A stretch of DNA of 64,000 nt from an uncultured Gammaproteobacteria bacterium. GTDB lineage: Bacteria; Patescibacteriota; Microgenomatia; UBA10105; UBA927. Below are positions 40,162 to 51,334 of the stretch, piece after piece. The stretch's first letter is position 1, and the number at the start of each line of letters is the position of its first letter. The stretch spans positions 9,795 to 73,794 of the forward strand of contig CAYUKU010000004.1 in assembly GCA_964445435.1 (NCBI GenBank), read 5' to 3'. A model generated the notes under the pieces. That model was not told where the DNA came from. It made no database searches and was given only the letters and a program-made list of their open reading frames with translations. The translations under genes and the position numbers were made by a program.

Positions 40162-41349
40162 ATGGCGGACCAAGCAAAATTCACACGCAACAAACCGCAT
40201 TTAAATATTGGCACGATTGGCCACGTCGACCACGGGAAGACCACTCTCACGTCGGCAATTACCCACGTGTTGGCGAAAGCTGGAATGGCCAAAGCCCTCA
40301 AATACGAAGAAATTGATAACGCCCCGGAAGAAAAAGCCCGCGGAGTCACGATTAACATTCATCATTCAGAATACGAAACCGAGAAAAGACACTACGCGCA
40401 CATCGACGCTCCTGGTCATGCTGACTATGTCAAGAACATGATCACCGGCGCAGCCCAGATGGATGGCGCGATTCTCGTCGTGTCCGCTCCGGACGGCCCC
40501 ATGCCGCAGACACGAGAGCACATTCTTTTGGCCAACCAGGTCAACGTGCCTGCAATCGTTGTGTTTATGAACAAATGCGACATGGTTCAGGACAAGGAGC
40601 TTCTCGATCTCGTCGAGATGGAAGTCAGGGAACTTCTTACAAAGTATAAATTCCCTGGTGACAAGATTCCGGTTATCCGAGGATCAGCCATCAAGGCACT
40701 TCAGGGAGATCCGGAAGCAGAAGCCAAGATCAAAGAGCTTATGGATACGGTTGATTCCTACATCCCTGAGCCGAAGCGCGAACTTGATAAGCCGTTTTCC
40801 ATGCCTGTTGAGGACGTATTCTCCATCAAGGGACGCGGCACCGTCGTGACGGGTCGTATTTCCCGCGGTAAAGTGAAGGTGAACGATGCGGTTGAGATCG
40901 TCGGAATCAGGCCGACCCAGTCAACCGTTGTTACCGGCGTCGAGATGTTCCGAAAACTTCTCGATGAGGGTCAGGCCGGCGACAACGTTGGGTTGCTCCT
41001 TCGGGGTATCGAGAAAGATCAAGTGGAGCGCGGACAGGTATTAGCGGCTCCAGGATCAGTGAAGCCGCATACCGAATTTGAGGCCGAAGTCTATATTTTG
41101 GCCAAAGAAGAAGGTGGACGACACACGCCGTTTTTCACGGGATACCGGCCGCAGTTTTATATCGGCACGACCGACGTGACAGGAGAAGTAACGCTTCCCC
41201 AGGGCGTTGAAATGGTTATGCCGGGAGACAGCACCAAGATGACGGCGAAACTTATCGTTCCTGTCGCCCTTGAAGAAGGATTGCGTTTCGCACTTCGCGA
41301 GGGTGGACATACGGTAGGAGCAGGAGTAGTGACGAAGATTATCGCGTAA
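40162..41349 (+). CDS. tuf: Elongation factor Tu
   Basis: [39 protein letters not shown]. Confidence 0.99.
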   Translation: MADQAKFTRNKPHLNIGTIGHVDHGKTTLTSAITHVLAKAGMAKALKYEEIDNAPEEKARGVTINIHHSEYETEKRHYAHIDAPGHADYVKNMITGAAQMDGAILVVSAPDGPMPQTREHILLANQVNVPAIVVFMNKCDMVQDKELLDLVEMEVRELLTKYKFPGDKIPVIRGSAIKALQGDPEAEAKIKELMDTVDSYIPEPKRELDKPFSMPVEDVFSIKGRGTVVTGRISRGKVKVNDAVEIVGIRPTQSTVVTGVEMFRKLLDEGQAGDNVGLLLRGIEKDQVERGQVLAAPGSVKPHTEFEAEVYILAKEEGGRHTPFFTGYRPQFYIGTTDVTGEVTLPQGVEMVMPGDSTKMTAKLIVPVALEEGLRFALREGGHTVGAGVVTKIIA

Positions 41350-41375
41350 ATGCGGTAATTTAGCACTTTAAGACG

Positions 41376-41684
41376 ATGGCAAAAGGAAGAATTCGAGTAC
41401 GGCTCAAAGCATACGACAGCAGAATCATCGACGATTGCTGTCAGAAGATTCTTGATACCGCAGTGCGAACGGGCGCTCGGGTCGTGGGGCCGGTACCTCT
41501 CCCGACTGATAAAGAGCATTACAATGTGGCGCGAAGCCCCTTTATCGATCGAAACAGCAGGGAAGATTTTATGATCAAAACGCACAAGCGTCTGATCGAT
41601 ATCATCGAACCCACAGATAAGACCATTGATCAACTCATGCACCTGGATCTACCCGCAGGGGTAGACGTGGAAATTAAGATGTAA
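41376..41684 (+). CDS. rpsJ: 30S ribosomal protein S10
   Basis: [25 protein letters not shown]. Confidence 0.97.
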   Translation: MAKGRIRVRLKAYDSRIIDDCCQKILDTAVRTGARVVGPVPLPTDKEHYNVARSPFIDRNSREDFMIKTHKRLIDIIEPTDKTIDQLMHLDLPAGVDVEIKM

Positions 41685-41689
41685 ACACT

Positions 41690-41824
41690 CCCCGTGCCAT
41701 TTGCGCGGGGAAGGGATACTCTGGTATACTATATATCTTGATATGACGCATAAAACGTTCATGTCATAAGTACACCAAAAGTCTCGGATGAGCGTAATCG
41801 ACCTCAACCGGGGTCGATTTTTTT
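41690..41824 (+). promoter_or_regulatory. Structured rpsJ-rplC intergenic region with internal promoter
   Basis: Hairpin CCCCGTGC/GCGCGGGG, extended -10 TGGTATACT (41722-41730), hairpin AATCGACCTC-AACC-GGGGTCGATT plus T5. Confidence 0.55.
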
Positions 41825-41834
41825 GGTAAAAACT

Positions 41835-42458
41835 ATGATTGGCGCAATGCTCGGAACCAAAGGAACACAGACACAGACGTTTACCCCGCAAGGGAAGCGC
41901 ATTCCTGTCACGCAGGTGCAGGCAGGTCCGTGTTGGGTTACTCAGATTGTGGATAACGGTTCCTTTACGCGCATTCAGCTTGCATTTGGAACCAAGAAAC
42001 ACATCGCCAAAGCCCAAATTGGACAGATGAAAAAAGCGGGGTTAGACATACAGCCCCGTTTTTTACGGGAAATTCGACTCCAAACGCTTCCTGAGGGTGT
42101 AAAAGTTGGCCATGAATTGAAAGTGGCTGAGGTATTTGCGGTTGGTGATAAAGTGCAGGTTGTGGGTACAAGCAAAGGAAAAGGTTTTGCAGGCGCGGTG
42201 AAACGACACGGGTTTCGGGGTGGTCCCCGCACACACGGTCAATCCGATCGTGAACGTGCGCCGGGATCTATTGGTCAGACGACGACACCGGGTCGTGTCT
42301 ATCGCGGCAAGCGAATGGCGGGCCGTATGGGGAACGATCGGGTTACCGTCACCGGTCTTGAGATTGTCGGCGTCAACGCAGAACAAAACATATTGAGCAT
42401 AAAAGGATTAGTACCAGGAGCCAAAAACGGGCTCCTTCTTATTACGAAAACCAAGTAA
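41835..42458 (+). CDS. rplC: 50S ribosomal protein L3
   Basis: SKGKGFAGAVKRHGF, RAPGSIG, PGRVYRGKRMAG. Confidence 0.97.
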   Translation: MIGAMLGTKGTQTQTFTPQGKRIPVTQVQAGPCWVTQIVDNGSFTRIQLAFGTKKHIAKAQIGQMKKAGLDIQPRFLREIRLQTLPEGVKVGHELKVAEVFAVGDKVQVVGTSKGKGFAGAVKRHGFRGGPRTHGQSDRERAPGSIGQTTTPGRVYRGKRMAGRMGNDRVTVTGLEIVGVNAEQNILSIKGLVPGAKNGLLLITKTK

Positions 42459-42462
42459 TCGT

Positions 42463-43188
42463 ATGCCAAAAACCGTAAAAACGACAAAGACAACCAAAAG
42501 GGCCGCCAAGCCGGCTGCTTCTGCGGCACCGAAAGCCGAGAATGCAGGTAGGCTTACGGCTTCGGTTTTGGGAATTGACGGGAAGGTGAAGGGGAAAATG
42601 ACCCTCCCTCAAGAGCTCTTCGGGCAGAAACCGAACAAAGAACTTATCGCCCAAGCCGTACGTGTACATTTGGCAAATCAGAGGGTAGGCGGCGCGTCCA
42701 CAAAGACGCGTGGTAAGGTGGAAGGATCCACGCGCAAAATTTATCGCCAAAAAGGTACAGGTCGTGCCCGTCATGGCAGTATCCGCGCTCCGATTTTCGT
42801 GGGGGGCGGTATCACATTTGGTCCAGTCCCTCATGATTTTTCTCTTGTGCTTCCGGTTGTCATGAAAAGGAAAGCACTTGCAAGCGCGCTTTCCTCTCAG
42901 TTTTCAGCGGGGAACATCGTGATCATCGACGATTTGACAAGCGTGAAGCCGAAAACTAAAAACATGGCACAGACGCTTTCGGGCATAGGCGTTTACTCGT
43001 CCTTGCTTCTTGTCCTTTCAAAAGATTCCGCAAATGTAGGCAGAAGCGCACGAAATATTAAGAATGTTGATGTAATGCCGTACGCAAACCTCAATACCTA
43101 TGATGTATTGACGCACCAAAAAGTAGTTTTCATGAAAAACGCAATTTCTGATATGAAAACAGTCTTTCTGAAGGAAAAACAGGCATGA
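42463..43188 (+). CDS. rplD: 50S ribosomal protein L4
   Basis: RQKGTGRARHGSIRAPIFVGGG; K/T/A-rich N-terminal extension. Confidence 0.97.
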   Translation: MPKTVKTTKTTKRAAKPAASAAPKAENAGRLTASVLGIDGKVKGKMTLPQELFGQKPNKELIAQAVRVHLANQRVGGASTKTRGKVEGSTRKIYRQKGTGRARHGSIRAPIFVGGGITFGPVPHDFSLVLPVVMKRKALASALSSQFSAGNIVIIDDLTSVKPKTKNMAQTLSGIGVYSSLLLVLSKDSANVGRSARNIKNVDVMPYANLNTYDVLTHQKVVFMKNAISDMKTVFLKEKQA

Positions 43189-43490
43189 TACACACGATTA
43201 AACGACCAGTTATTACGGAAAAGACGCTCACTTTGGCCACCCGGGGTTGGTACACGTTTGCTGTGGATATGGATGCATCCAAAGAGGCGATTGCGAAGGC
43301 GATTGCTTCTCTTTACAAGGTAACCGTGGAAGATGTGCGTACAGCTTCCATGCACGGTAAGATGCGCAGGGTAGGGCGCACGGGAAGAACCATGAAGAAA
43401 TCCGACTGGAAGAAAGCCATGGTTCGTTTAGCCAAAGGTCAGAAAATCGACGCATTTGAAGTCGCACCTGCCAGTGAGGAAAAGAAATAA
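43185..43490 (+). CDS. rplW: 50S ribosomal protein L23
   Basis: [14 protein letters not shown]; operon position. Confidence 0.95.
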   Translation: MIHTIKRPVITEKTLTLATRGWYTFAVDMDASKEAIAKAIASLYKVTVEDVRTASMHGKMRRVGRTGRTMKKSDWKKAMVRLAKGQKIDAFEVAPASEEKK

Positions 43491-43492
43491 CT

Positions 43493-44245
43493 ATGAAAGA
43501 CCGTATCAAAAGTTTAACCGTTCTTTTGCCGAAGAATTCCGGTCGGGATGTGGTCGGACATGTGAGTGTCCGTCATCAGGGCGGAAGACATAAGCGGTTT
43601 TACCGTGTTATAGACTGGAAGCGTGATAAGGATGCGATTCCCGGTCGCGTCGTTGCTCTTGAGTATGACCCGAACCGGTCCGCAGAGGTAGCGCTCCTTC
43701 AATATGCAGATGGAGAAAAACGCTATATTTTGGCGCCTATTGGCCTGAATGTCGGGATGAAGGTGTCGTCGGGTCCGAATGCCGAAATCAAACCCGGCAA
43801 CGCGCTGCCCCTTGGAAATATGCCCATAGGGACACTGGTGCATAGTGTTGAGATTGTTCCCGGGCGTGGAGCCCAAATGATCAGAAGCGCCGGAGCCGCT
43901 GCGATGGTTTTGGCCCGTGACGGCGATCTGGTACAATTGAAACTTCCTTCCGGGGAAATTCGCGTGTTTTCAGCCTCCGCGCGGGCAACGGTTGGACAGG
44001 TCGGCAACGTAGAATGGCGAAATCGTGTTATCGGGAAAGCTGGCCGAGCCCGTCATATGGGACGTCGACCGACTGTTCGGGGCGTTGCGCAGAATCCGCG
44101 CAGCCATCCCCACGGCGGAGGAGAGGGAAGAAGCGGCATTGGTCTTAAGTCGCCCAAGAGCCCGTGGGGGAAGAGAACGTTAGGCAAGAAGACAAGAAAA
44201 CCGACTAAATATAGCGACCGATTTATTGTTTCCCGGAGGAAATAA
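43493..44245 (+). CDS. rplB: 50S ribosomal protein L2
   Basis: [25 protein letters not shown]. Confidence 0.97.
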   Translation: MKDRIKSLTVLLPKNSGRDVVGHVSVRHQGGRHKRFYRVIDWKRDKDAIPGRVVALEYDPNRSAEVALLQYADGEKRYILAPIGLNVGMKVSSGPNAEIKPGNALPLGNMPIGTLVHSVEIVPGRGAQMIRSAGAAAMVLARDGDLVQLKLPSGEIRVFSASARATVGQVGNVEWRNRVIGKAGRARHMGRRPTVRGVAQNPRSHPHGGGEGRSGIGLKSPKSPWGKRTLGKKTRKPTKYSDRFIVSRRK

Positions 44246-44246
44246 T

Positions 44247-44531
44247 ATGGCACGATCAAGCAAAAAAGGCCCATTTATCGATAAGAAATTACTGGCAAAG
44301 ATTATGAAGCAGAAAGCCGGAGCAGACCGCGGTGCAGTTAAGACTTGGGCACGCGCGAGCCAAATTCCGCCGGAATTTGTGGGACACCGGATTGCTGTTC
44401 ACAATGGCCGGACACACGTGGAGATTTTCGTTAACGAATCTATGGTTGGACATCGCCTTGGAGAATTTGCGCCGACCCGACTTTTTAGAGGCCACGGACA
44501 GGTTACCAAGCGCACAATGGATAAGACATAA
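44247..44531 (+). CDS. rpsS: 30S ribosomal protein S19
   Basis: [23 protein letters not shown]. Confidence 0.97.
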   Translation: MARSSKKGPFIDKKLLAKIMKQKAGADRGAVKTWARASQIPPEFVGHRIAVHNGRTHVEIFVNESMVGHRLGEFAPTRLFRGHGQVTKRTMDKT

Positions 44532-44533
44532 CT

Positions 44534-44878
44534 ATGGAATACCAGGCAACAGCAAAATATATTCGCACCAGTACCCGTAAACTTCGGCTTATGGCCGATA
44601 TGCTGCGGGGGATGAATGTTGTTGACGCGCTCGCCCAGCTTTCGTACAGTCCGAAGATGGCCTCAGAGCCTATGAAGAAAGCAATTTCATCGGCAGTCGC
44701 CAATGCCAAGCAAAAATCGGCGAAAGAAGAGACGTTGACAATAAAGGCAATAGAAGTTATGGGAGGACCTGCGATGAAGCGTTGGCACGCAGTTTCCCGC
44801 GGACAGGCACATCCGTTTAAGAAGCGCATGACACACGTACGCATTACGCTTGCCGATAGTGAGGAGAAAAAGGAGTAA
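44534..44878 (+). CDS. rplV: 50S ribosomal protein L22
   Basis: STRKLRL, SAVANA, operon position. Confidence 0.95.
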   Translation: MEYQATAKYIRTSTRKLRLMADMLRGMNVVDALAQLSYSPKMASEPMKKAISSAVANAKQKSAKEETLTIKAIEVMGGPAMKRWHAVSRGQAHPFKKRMTHVRITLADSEEKKE

Positions 44879-44880
44879 TC

Positions 44881-45558
44881 ATGGGACAAAAAATTAATCC
44901 AAAAGGTTTCAGAGTTGGTACGGTTTTTGCCTGGAATTCCCGATGGTTTGCACAGGGAAGACAATACAAGGAACTCGTCTATCAGGATGCGAAACTCCGC
45001 GAGGTATTATTTGCGAAACTGAAGACCGCAGGACTGGCCCAGGTTGTTATCGAACGATCAATTAATAAGATAAAAGTGACGCTGTTTGTGTCCCGTCCGG
45101 GTATCGTCATTGGTCGGGGTGGCTCAGGACTCGAAGAGCTCAAGAAATTCATCGAGAAGTACATACATACGGGAAGAAAAGACGCCTACAAGCCGGTTGT
45201 GAAAAAAGTGGTCGGAAGTGACATGCGCATGAAAGTTGAGCTTGCGGTCGAACCGGTGAAAGAGCCTAATTTGAACGCATATCTCGTTGCGACCAATATC
45301 GCGGATCAACTTGTCCGCCGTATGCCGCATAAGCGAATCTGTAATCAAACGGTAGAACGTGTCATGACGGCGGGAGCCAGAGGTGTTCGCGTCATTCTTT
45401 CCGGTCGCATCGGCGGTGCTGAGATCGCCCGGCGCGAGAAGTATCAGTCAGGTACGGTTCCGCTTTCGACGATTCGGGAAGAAGTGGATTTCGCCACAGC
45501 ACCAGCCCTTACGAAATCGGGATACGTTGGAGTGAAAGTCTGGATTTGCAGGAAGTAA
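44881..45558 (+). CDS. rpsC: 30S ribosomal protein S3
   Basis: [34 protein letters not shown]. Confidence 0.97.
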   Translation: MGQKINPKGFRVGTVFAWNSRWFAQGRQYKELVYQDAKLREVLFAKLKTAGLAQVVIERSINKIKVTLFVSRPGIVIGRGGSGLEELKKFIEKYIHTGRKDAYKPVVKKVVGSDMRMKVELAVEPVKEPNLNAYLVATNIADQLVRRMPHKRICNQTVERVMTAGARGVRVILSGRIGGAEIARREKYQSGTVPLSTIREEVDFATAPALTKSGYVGVKVWICRK

Positions 45559-45562
45559 CACT

Positions 45563-45970
45563 ATGTTAGCACCGAAACGCGCAAAACATCGAAAACAATT
45601 TAGAGGGAAAAGGACCGGAAAATCAATTCGGGGGTCCGAGGTAAGTTTTGGCGAATACGGCCTCAAGGCACTTACTTCGGGTTGGGTGACCAGCCGCCAG
45701 ATTGAGGCAGCTCGCCGCACGCTGACACACTATACCAAGCGGGGTGGGCGTATCTGGATTCGGATTTTCCCGGATAAGCCGATTTCCAAGAAGCCGCCGG
45801 AAACCCGTATGGGAAGCGGCAAGGGTGATGTGTACGAATATGTGGCGGTTGTCCGTCCCGGGAGAGTATTGTTTGAGATGGGTGGTATTACGCTCGAAGA
45901 CGCCAAAGAATCGATGCGGCTGGCAAGTGCCAAGCTTCCCATCCGAACGAGATTTGTGACGAAAGCATAA
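45563..45970 (+). CDS. rplP: 50S ribosomal protein L16
   Basis: [16 protein letters not shown]. Confidence 0.97.
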   Translation: MLAPKRAKHRKQFRGKRTGKSIRGSEVSFGEYGLKALTSGWVTSRQIEAARRTLTHYTKRGGRIWIRIFPDKPISKKPPETRMGSGKGDVYEYVAVVRPGRVLFEMGGITLEDAKESMRLASAKLPIRTRFVTKA

Positions 45971-45972
45971 CT

Positions 45973-46173
45973 ATGAAACAGAAAGAAAAAACATCATTAC
46001 GAAGTGCCAAGCCCGCAGAGCTTGAGAAGACTATTGCCGAGACGCAATTCAAGCTTGCGCAGTGGAAGGTAAATCGATATAGTAAACAGTCTAAAAATGT
46101 CCGTGAAGGGCGGGATTTACGACGGACAATCGCAATAGCGAAAACCTTACTGCGGGCCGCCAAACAGTCATAA
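45973..46173 (+). CDS. rpmC: 50S ribosomal protein L29
   Basis: Size, position, RRTIAIAKT motif. Confidence 0.88.
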   Translation: MKQKEKTSLRSAKPAELEKTIAETQFKLAQWKVNRYSKQSKNVREGRDLRRTIAIAKTLLRAAKQS

Positions 46174-46174
46174 T

Positions 46175-46417
46175 ATGAAAAACGTAAAAACCATGCAAGG
46201 GAAAGTCGTATCAGCCAAGACGCCGAAAACGGTTATCGTGGCGGTCGGGTCGCAGTCGCGCCATCCGCTCTATAAGAAGATGGTTCGCCGGACGAATAAG
46301 TTTGCGGCACACAATGAATCCCTGGAGCTTGCTGTCGGCGATACGGTCGTTATAGCTCAAACCAGACCGATGAGCCGGACGAAACACTTTGCGGTCGTAA
46401 AGAAGGTAAACATATGA
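46175..46417 (+). CDS. rpsQ: 30S ribosomal protein S17
   Basis: GKVVS, HPLYKK, TRPMSRTK. Confidence 0.96.
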   Translation: MKNVKTMQGKVVSAKTPKTVIVAVGSQSRHPLYKKMVRRTNKFAAHNESLELAVGDTVVIAQTRPMSRTKHFAVVKKVNI

Positions 46418-46788
46418 TTCAAAGACGTACATCATTAACAGTCGCGGACAATTCAGGAGTGCAAATGATGACCGTGACCCATATTTACGGTAATTCGAAA
46501 CAGAAGTTCGCTCATCTTGGCGACGTGGTCCAGTGCGTCGTGAAGAAAGCGGATCCGACCGGAATCGTGAAAGACGATGAGTTGGTGAAAGTCGTGGTCG
46601 TCCGTACGAGAAAAGAATTCAGAAGACCGGATGGGTCCTATATCCGGTTTGATGATAATGCAGGAGTTGTTATTGACAATCCGGATGACAAAAATCCGCG
46701 CGGTACCCGGGTATTCGGTCCGATTGCGCGTGAGGTAAAAGATAAAGGCTTTGACAAGATAGCGAGCATGGCAGCAGAGGTGTATTAA
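46414..46788 (+). CDS. rplN: 50S ribosomal protein L14
   Basis: VADNSG, DGSYIRFDDNA, GTRVFGP. Confidence 0.97.
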   Translation: MIQRRTSLTVADNSGVQMMTVTHIYGNSKQKFAHLGDVVQCVVKKADPTGIVKDDELVKVVVVRTRKEFRRPDGSYIRFDDNAGVVIDNPDDKNPRGTRVFGPIAREVKDKGFDKIASMAAEVY

Positions 46789-46790
46789 CT

Positions 46791-47096
46791 ATGAAAGTAA
46801 AAGTTGGCGATCAAATTATCGTGACGACAGGGAAAGACAAAGGCCGCAAAGGTAAGGTCGATGTCGTGTATCCCAAAACGAATACCGTGCTTGTATCAGG
46901 GGTGAATATGTATAAGCGTCATCAGAAGAAGCGTGACGAGAAACATCAGGGCGGAATTATCGAATACGCCCGCCCGCTTCCGATGGGGAAGGTGGCGCTC
47001 GTGTGTCCCAAGTGTGGCAAGCCCACACGCGCCGGCTATGTGGTAACCAAAGGTGAGAAGGAACGTATTTGCAGGAAGTGTGAACAAAGAATCTAA
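46791..47096 (+). CDS. rplX: 50S ribosomal protein L24 (Zn-ribbon type)
   Basis: KOW GKDKGRKGKV; CPKC...CRKC. Confidence 0.95.
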   Translation: MKVKVGDQIIVTTGKDKGRKGKVDVVYPKTNTVLVSGVNMYKRHQKKRDEKHQGGIIEYARPLPMGKVALVCPKCGKPTRAGYVVTKGEKERICRKCEQRI

Positions 47097-47098
47097 CT

Positions 47099-47641
47099 AT
47101 GCACCTATTTGCCGAAACATACAACAAATCGATCGTTCCCGAATTTATGACGAAACACGGGGTCGCCAATCGTATGGCGGTTCCGAAGCTCGTCCGTATC
47201 GTAGTCAATTGCGGGCTGGGCGAAGCACTCACGGATAAAAAGTCGATTGAGAAAATGGCCGAACAAATGGCAGTCATCACGGGTCAAAAACCCCAGGTGA
47301 CGCGTGCCAAGCGCGCGATCTCTACGTTCAAGCTTCGAGCCGGTGATCCCATCGGGCTGAAAGTAACACTTCGGGGGAAGCACATGTACGACTTTTTCCA
47401 GAAACTCATTGGCATCGCACTGCCTCGGGTCCGGGATTTTCGTGGCGTTCCCACGACCGGATTTGACGGAAGGGGCAATTACACGTTGGGACTGCGGGAA
47501 CATACGATTTTTCCGGAGTTGGAATACAGCATGGTTGATCGCGTGCGTGGTTTTGAGATCACATTTGTCACGACCGCGAAGAACGACGAGCAAGGCAGAA
47601 CGCTTTTAACATTATTCGGGATGCCGTTTGCGAAGGAGTAA
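47099..47641 (+). CDS. rplE: 50S ribosomal protein L5
   Basis: [22 protein letters not shown]. Confidence 0.97.
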   Translation: MHLFAETYNKSIVPEFMTKHGVANRMAVPKLVRIVVNCGLGEALTDKKSIEKMAEQMAVITGQKPQVTRAKRAISTFKLRAGDPIGLKVTLRGKHMYDFFQKLIGIALPRVRDFRGVPTTGFDGRGNYTLGLREHTIFPELEYSMVDRVRGFEITFVTTAKNDEQGRTLLTLFGMPFAKE

Positions 47642-47642
47642 T

Positions 47643-47828
47643 ATGGCCAAAAAATCAGACATAGCGAAATTTACGCGAAAACAGAAATTTCATGTCAGAC
47701 ACAGGAACCGATGTTCACTGTGTGGACGATCCCGGGCATATATGCGTAAATTTGGAATTTGTCGTATGTGTTTCAGAACGCTTGCACATAAAGGAGAATT
47801 GCCGGGAGTAGTAAAAGCATCCTGGTAA
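47643..47828 (+). CDS. rpsN: 30S ribosomal protein S14, Zn-binding type
   Basis: RCSLCGR...CRMCFR...GVVKASW. Confidence 0.96.
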   Translation: MAKKSDIAKFTRKQKFHVRHRNRCSLCGRSRAYMRKFGICRMCFRTLAHKGELPGVVKASW

Positions 47829-47840
47829 AGAAGGGACTAT

Positions 47841-48233
47841 ATGGTAAACGATCCAATCGGTGACTTATTGACGCAAATAAAAAACGCTCAGGCAGCGGGG
47901 AAGAGCACGATAGAAGTGCCATACTCGCGGGTGAAGCATGCTGTTGCTTCCATTCTTCATGAAGAAGGGTATGTGGGTGAAGTTGCCAAGACCGGCACTA
48001 TCCCGAAGTTCTTCCTTCGCATCGGCATGAAATACACGGACGGTACTCCGGTTATCACTGGTATGAAGCGAGTAAGCAAGCCTGGGCTTCGCTGGTACGT
48101 GAACAAAACGCAGATTCCGACAGTGTTAGGAGGTATCGGCATGGCGATTGTCTCGACACCTCAAGGAATTATGACCGGCCGGGACGCGAAGAAAAAAGGT
48201 ATTGGCGGCGAGCTACTTTGCACGATTTGGTAA
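47841..48233 (+). CDS. rpsH: 30S ribosomal protein S8
   Basis: DPIGDLLT, RVSKPGLR, STPQGIMT, GGELL. Confidence 0.97.
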   Translation: MVNDPIGDLLTQIKNAQAAGKSTIEVPYSRVKHAVASILHEEGYVGEVAKTGTIPKFFLRIGMKYTDGTPVITGMKRVSKPGLRWYVNKTQIPTVLGGIGMAIVSTPQGIMTGRDAKKKGIGGELLCTIW

Positions 48234-48237
48234 AACT

Positions 48238-48795
48238 ATGTCACGAATAGGGAACGCACCAATTATTATTCCGAAAGACGTTACTGTTATGGTGGCGGCG
48301 CATGAAGTGAACGTGTCTGGAACTAAGGGTCAGCTGAAGGTCGGGATTCCGGACGGCATCACGGTTTCCCAGGAGGGAGATGTGCTTACGGTTTCACGGA
48401 AAAATAACGATAAGCCAAAACGCGCCCTTCACGGATATGTACGGGCAAATCTGTCCAACGCGGTAGATGGCGTTTCCAAAGGTTGGACGAAGACGCTTGA
48501 GTTGTCCGGTGTCGGATATCGGGCAAATCTCAGCGGCGCAAATCTTGTTCTGTCAGTGGGATTCTCACATCAGGTGACGATTATTCCCCCGAAAGGAATT
48601 GCATTTGCCGTAAATGAGGGAAAGATTGTTATCTCTGGGGTTGATAAGCAAGAAGTTGGCCAGACGGCAGCAAAAATTCGGGCAGTGAAAGAGCCAGAAC
48701 CTTACAAAGGCAAAGGGATAAAATACGAAGGTGAGCACATCCGAAAGAAAGCAGGGAAAGCGAAAGCGGTAGGAGGGGCTCCGGGAGCCAAATAA
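48238..48795 (+). CDS. rplF: 50S ribosomal protein L6
   Basis: MSRIG, GVGYRA, PEPYKGKGIKY. Confidence 0.97.
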   Translation: MSRIGNAPIIIPKDVTVMVAAHEVNVSGTKGQLKVGIPDGITVSQEGDVLTVSRKNNDKPKRALHGYVRANLSNAVDGVSKGWTKTLELSGVGYRANLSGANLVLSVGFSHQVTIIPPKGIAFAVNEGKIVISGVDKQEVGQTAAKIRAVKEPEPYKGKGIKYEGEHIRKKAGKAKAVGGAPGAK

Positions 48796-48800
48796 AACCT

Positions 48801-49130
48801 ATGAAAACGAAAAAAGAAATGAGAATGAAACGGAGGTTCAGAATTCGAGCAAAAGTGGCGGGAACAGCGGATCGTCCGCGGATGGCCGTATTCAAGTCGA
48901 ACGTAGCACTGTACGTTCAGCTTATCGATGACACCAAGGGTGTCACTATCCTCTCGGCGAAATCCGACGGCAAGTCGGTTGCGAAAGCCACGGAGCTGGG
49001 CGCACAAATCGCACAACTCGCCAAGAAAAAAGGGATTACTACGGTGGTGTTTGATCGCGGTGGATTTCGTTACCACGGTGTCATAAAAGCGCTTGCCGAT
49101 GCAAGTCGTGAAGGAGGCTTGACGATATGA
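48801..49130 (+). CDS. rplR: 50S ribosomal protein L18
   Basis: RPRMAVFKSN, VVFDRGGFRYHG. Confidence 0.97.
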   Translation: MKTKKEMRMKRRFRIRAKVAGTADRPRMAVFKSNVALYVQLIDDTKGVTILSAKSDGKSVAKATELGAQIAQLAKKKGITTVVFDRGGFRYHGVIKALADASREGGLTI

Positions 49131-49594
49131 AGTTACAACCGAAAACCGATCGTGCCCCCAGTGAATTTGACGAGAAGATCGTTCAGGTTCACCGTGTTTC
49201 GAAAAAAACCAAGGGTGGCAACAAAATCGGATTCTCAGTTTTGGCGGTGGTGGGGGATAAGAAAGGTCGTGTCGGAGTGGGTCTTGGGGGCGCGCCAGAC
49301 GTGTCCTCGGCAGTACGAAAGGCAGTAGCATACGCCAAGAAGCACCTGCTGACGGTTCCCATGAGAGAGAAGACGATCCCGCATGAAGTCCGTGTGAAGT
49401 TAGGGGCAGCCCGCGTGATGCTCAAACCGGCCCCGCCCGGAACGGGAGTTATCGCAGGCGGCGCGGTGCGTGCGGTAGTCGAAGCGGCGGGTATCCGGGA
49501 TGTCGTCTCAAAGATCTTAGGAAGCAAGAACCAGGCATCCAACGTATACGCCACAATGGAGGCTTTACGAAATCTGAAAGCCAGGATCAAGTAA
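49127..49594 (+). CDS. rpsE: 30S ribosomal protein S5
   Basis: RVSKKTKGG, PAPPGTGVIAGGAVR. Confidence 0.97.
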   Translation: MKLQPKTDRAPSEFDEKIVQVHRVSKKTKGGNKIGFSVLAVVGDKKGRVGVGLGGAPDVSSAVRKAVAYAKKHLLTVPMREKTIPHEVRVKLGAARVMLKPAPPGTGVIAGGAVRAVVEAAGIRDVVSKILGSKNQASNVYATMEALRNLKARIK

Positions 49595-49603
49595 AGGAGT
49601 AGT

Positions 49604-50032
49604 ATGGAAATGTCCAAATTACCATCAATTGTGAAACGTTCAAAGAAACGCGTTGGGCGGGGTCACGGATCCGGGAAAGTGAAGACCTCCGGACGCGGTA
49701 CCAAAGGCCAGAAAGCCCGCGACAGCATGCCTCATGGCTTTGAAGGGGGTCAGTTGGCGCTTATCAGGCGTCTTCCACTTCTTCGCGGAAAAGGGAAGAA
49801 CAAGAGACTTACCGGGAAAGCGTTTCCCATCCAGGTGACAGCGCTCAACATTCTCCCTATGGGGACGAAAGTGACGTTGGAAACGTTAGTGAAATACTCT
49901 ATGATAGACGCATCTGTTTCCCGGGTAAAGATTTTGGGGAATGGTTCAGTGATACACAAACTTGATGTCCTAGTGCCCTGTTCTGCCGGCGCGCGAAAGG
50001 CTATCGAAAAAGCGGGCGGAACAGTCAGCTAA
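49604..50032 (+). CDS. rplO: 50S ribosomal protein L15
   Basis: [29 protein letters not shown]. Confidence 0.97.
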   Translation: MEMSKLPSIVKRSKKRVGRGHGSGKVKTSGRGTKGQKARDSMPHGFEGGQLALIRRLPLLRGKGKNKRLTGKAFPIQVTALNILPMGTKVTLETLVKYSMIDASVSRVKILGNGSVIHKLDVLVPCSAGARKAIEKAGGTVS

Positions 50033-50043
50033 CCTTTCGTATC

Positions 50044-51333
50044 ATGAATAAACTCTTATCTCCGCTTATCGCAAGTTGGAGGTCGCCTGAACTTCGTCGG
50101 AAGATTATCGTCACGGGGTTCATATTTGTCGTATTCCGGTTGTTTGCCCATATTCCTATCCCCGGAGTTGATACTGCGAGACTTGCGGCATTATTCTCCC
50201 AAAATCAATTTTTAGGACTTCTTGATATATTCTCCGGAGGAACGTTGGTGAATTTTTCCATCCTCGCATTGGGGCTGAACCCATATATTAATGCGTCCAT
50301 TATTCTTCAACTATTGACGATTGTGTTTCCGAAGCTTGAAGAACTTCAAAAAGAAGGCGAATACGGTCGCGAGAAGATTAATCAGTATACCCGTTTTATC
50401 ACGGTTCCCTTGGCCGTCATGCAATCAATCGGTATGTTTGCGCTTCTTCGGAATCAGGGGATCATTGGGTCCGTTGAGCCCATATCGCTTATTGCTATCG
50501 TCATGACCATGAGCGCAGGGACGGTGTTTGCCATGTGGTTGGGAGAGTTGATCACGGAATATGGCATCGGCAATGGCATCTCCCTTCTTATTTTCGCCGG
50601 CATCGTCGGACGATTCCCGGTTGTGTTGGGGCAGACTGCCACGACAATTACCCCTGAATCCATGACGAATATTATCGTTTTTGTTATTTTGGCAATCGCG
50701 GTTGTCGCAGCGACCGTTTTCGTCAACGAGGCAGTTCGCAGAATCAGCGTTCATTATGCGCGCCGAGTTCGGGGAAACAAGATCTATGGAGGGGCTACAT
50801 CGTATTTACCTCTGCGGGTGAATCAGGCGGGGGTCATTCCGATTATCTTCGCCGTGTCTTTGGTGCTCCTGCCGTCGCTTGTGGGCGGATTCTTGGGACA
50901 GATGAAAAATCCGGCACTTACGAATCTCGGACGGTTGCTTACCGGTGTTTTCAACCCGAATGGTATCTCATATAACGTCATTTATTTTTTCTTAGTTATC
51001 GGATTTACGTATTTCTACACTGCTATCACCTTCAACCCGACGAAGATTTCCCAGGAAATACAGAAGTATGGCGGATTTATCCCCGGCATCCGGCCCGGAA
51101 CACCGACTGCACAGTATCTTAACTACATTCTGACCCGTATCACGCTTGCAGGTGCGTTATTTTTGGGAATTATCGCTATTTTGCCTTCGCTTGCGCGTCA
51201 GATTACCGGAGTGTCCACACTTCTTATTGGTGGAACGGGCGTTTTGATCGTTGTTTCCGTTGTCTTGGAAACGGTGAAGACCCTCGAAGCGCAGCTCGTC
51301 ATGCGCAATTACGAAGGATTTCTCAAAGATTGA
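50044..51333 (+). CDS. secY: Preprotein translocase SecY
   Basis: [40 protein letters not shown]. Confidence 0.98.
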   Translation: MNKLLSPLIASWRSPELRRKIIVTGFIFVVFRLFAHIPIPGVDTARLAALFSQNQFLGLLDIFSGGTLVNFSILALGLNPYINASIILQLLTIVFPKLEELQKEGEYGREKINQYTRFITVPLAVMQSIGMFALLRNQGIIGSVEPISLIAIVMTMSAGTVFAMWLGELITEYGIGNGISLLIFAGIVGRFPVVLGQTATTITPESMTNIIVFVILAIAVVAATVFVNEAVRRISVHYARRVRGNKIYGGATSYLPLRVNQAGVIPIIFAVSLVLLPSLVGGFLGQMKNPALTNLGRLLTGVFNPNGISYNVIYFFLVIGFTYFYTAITFNPTKISQEIQKYGGFIPGIRPGTPTAQYLNYILTRITLAGALFLGIIAILPSLARQITGVSTLLIGGTGVLIVVSVVLETVKTLEAQLVMRNYEGFLKD

Positions 51334-51334
51334 T

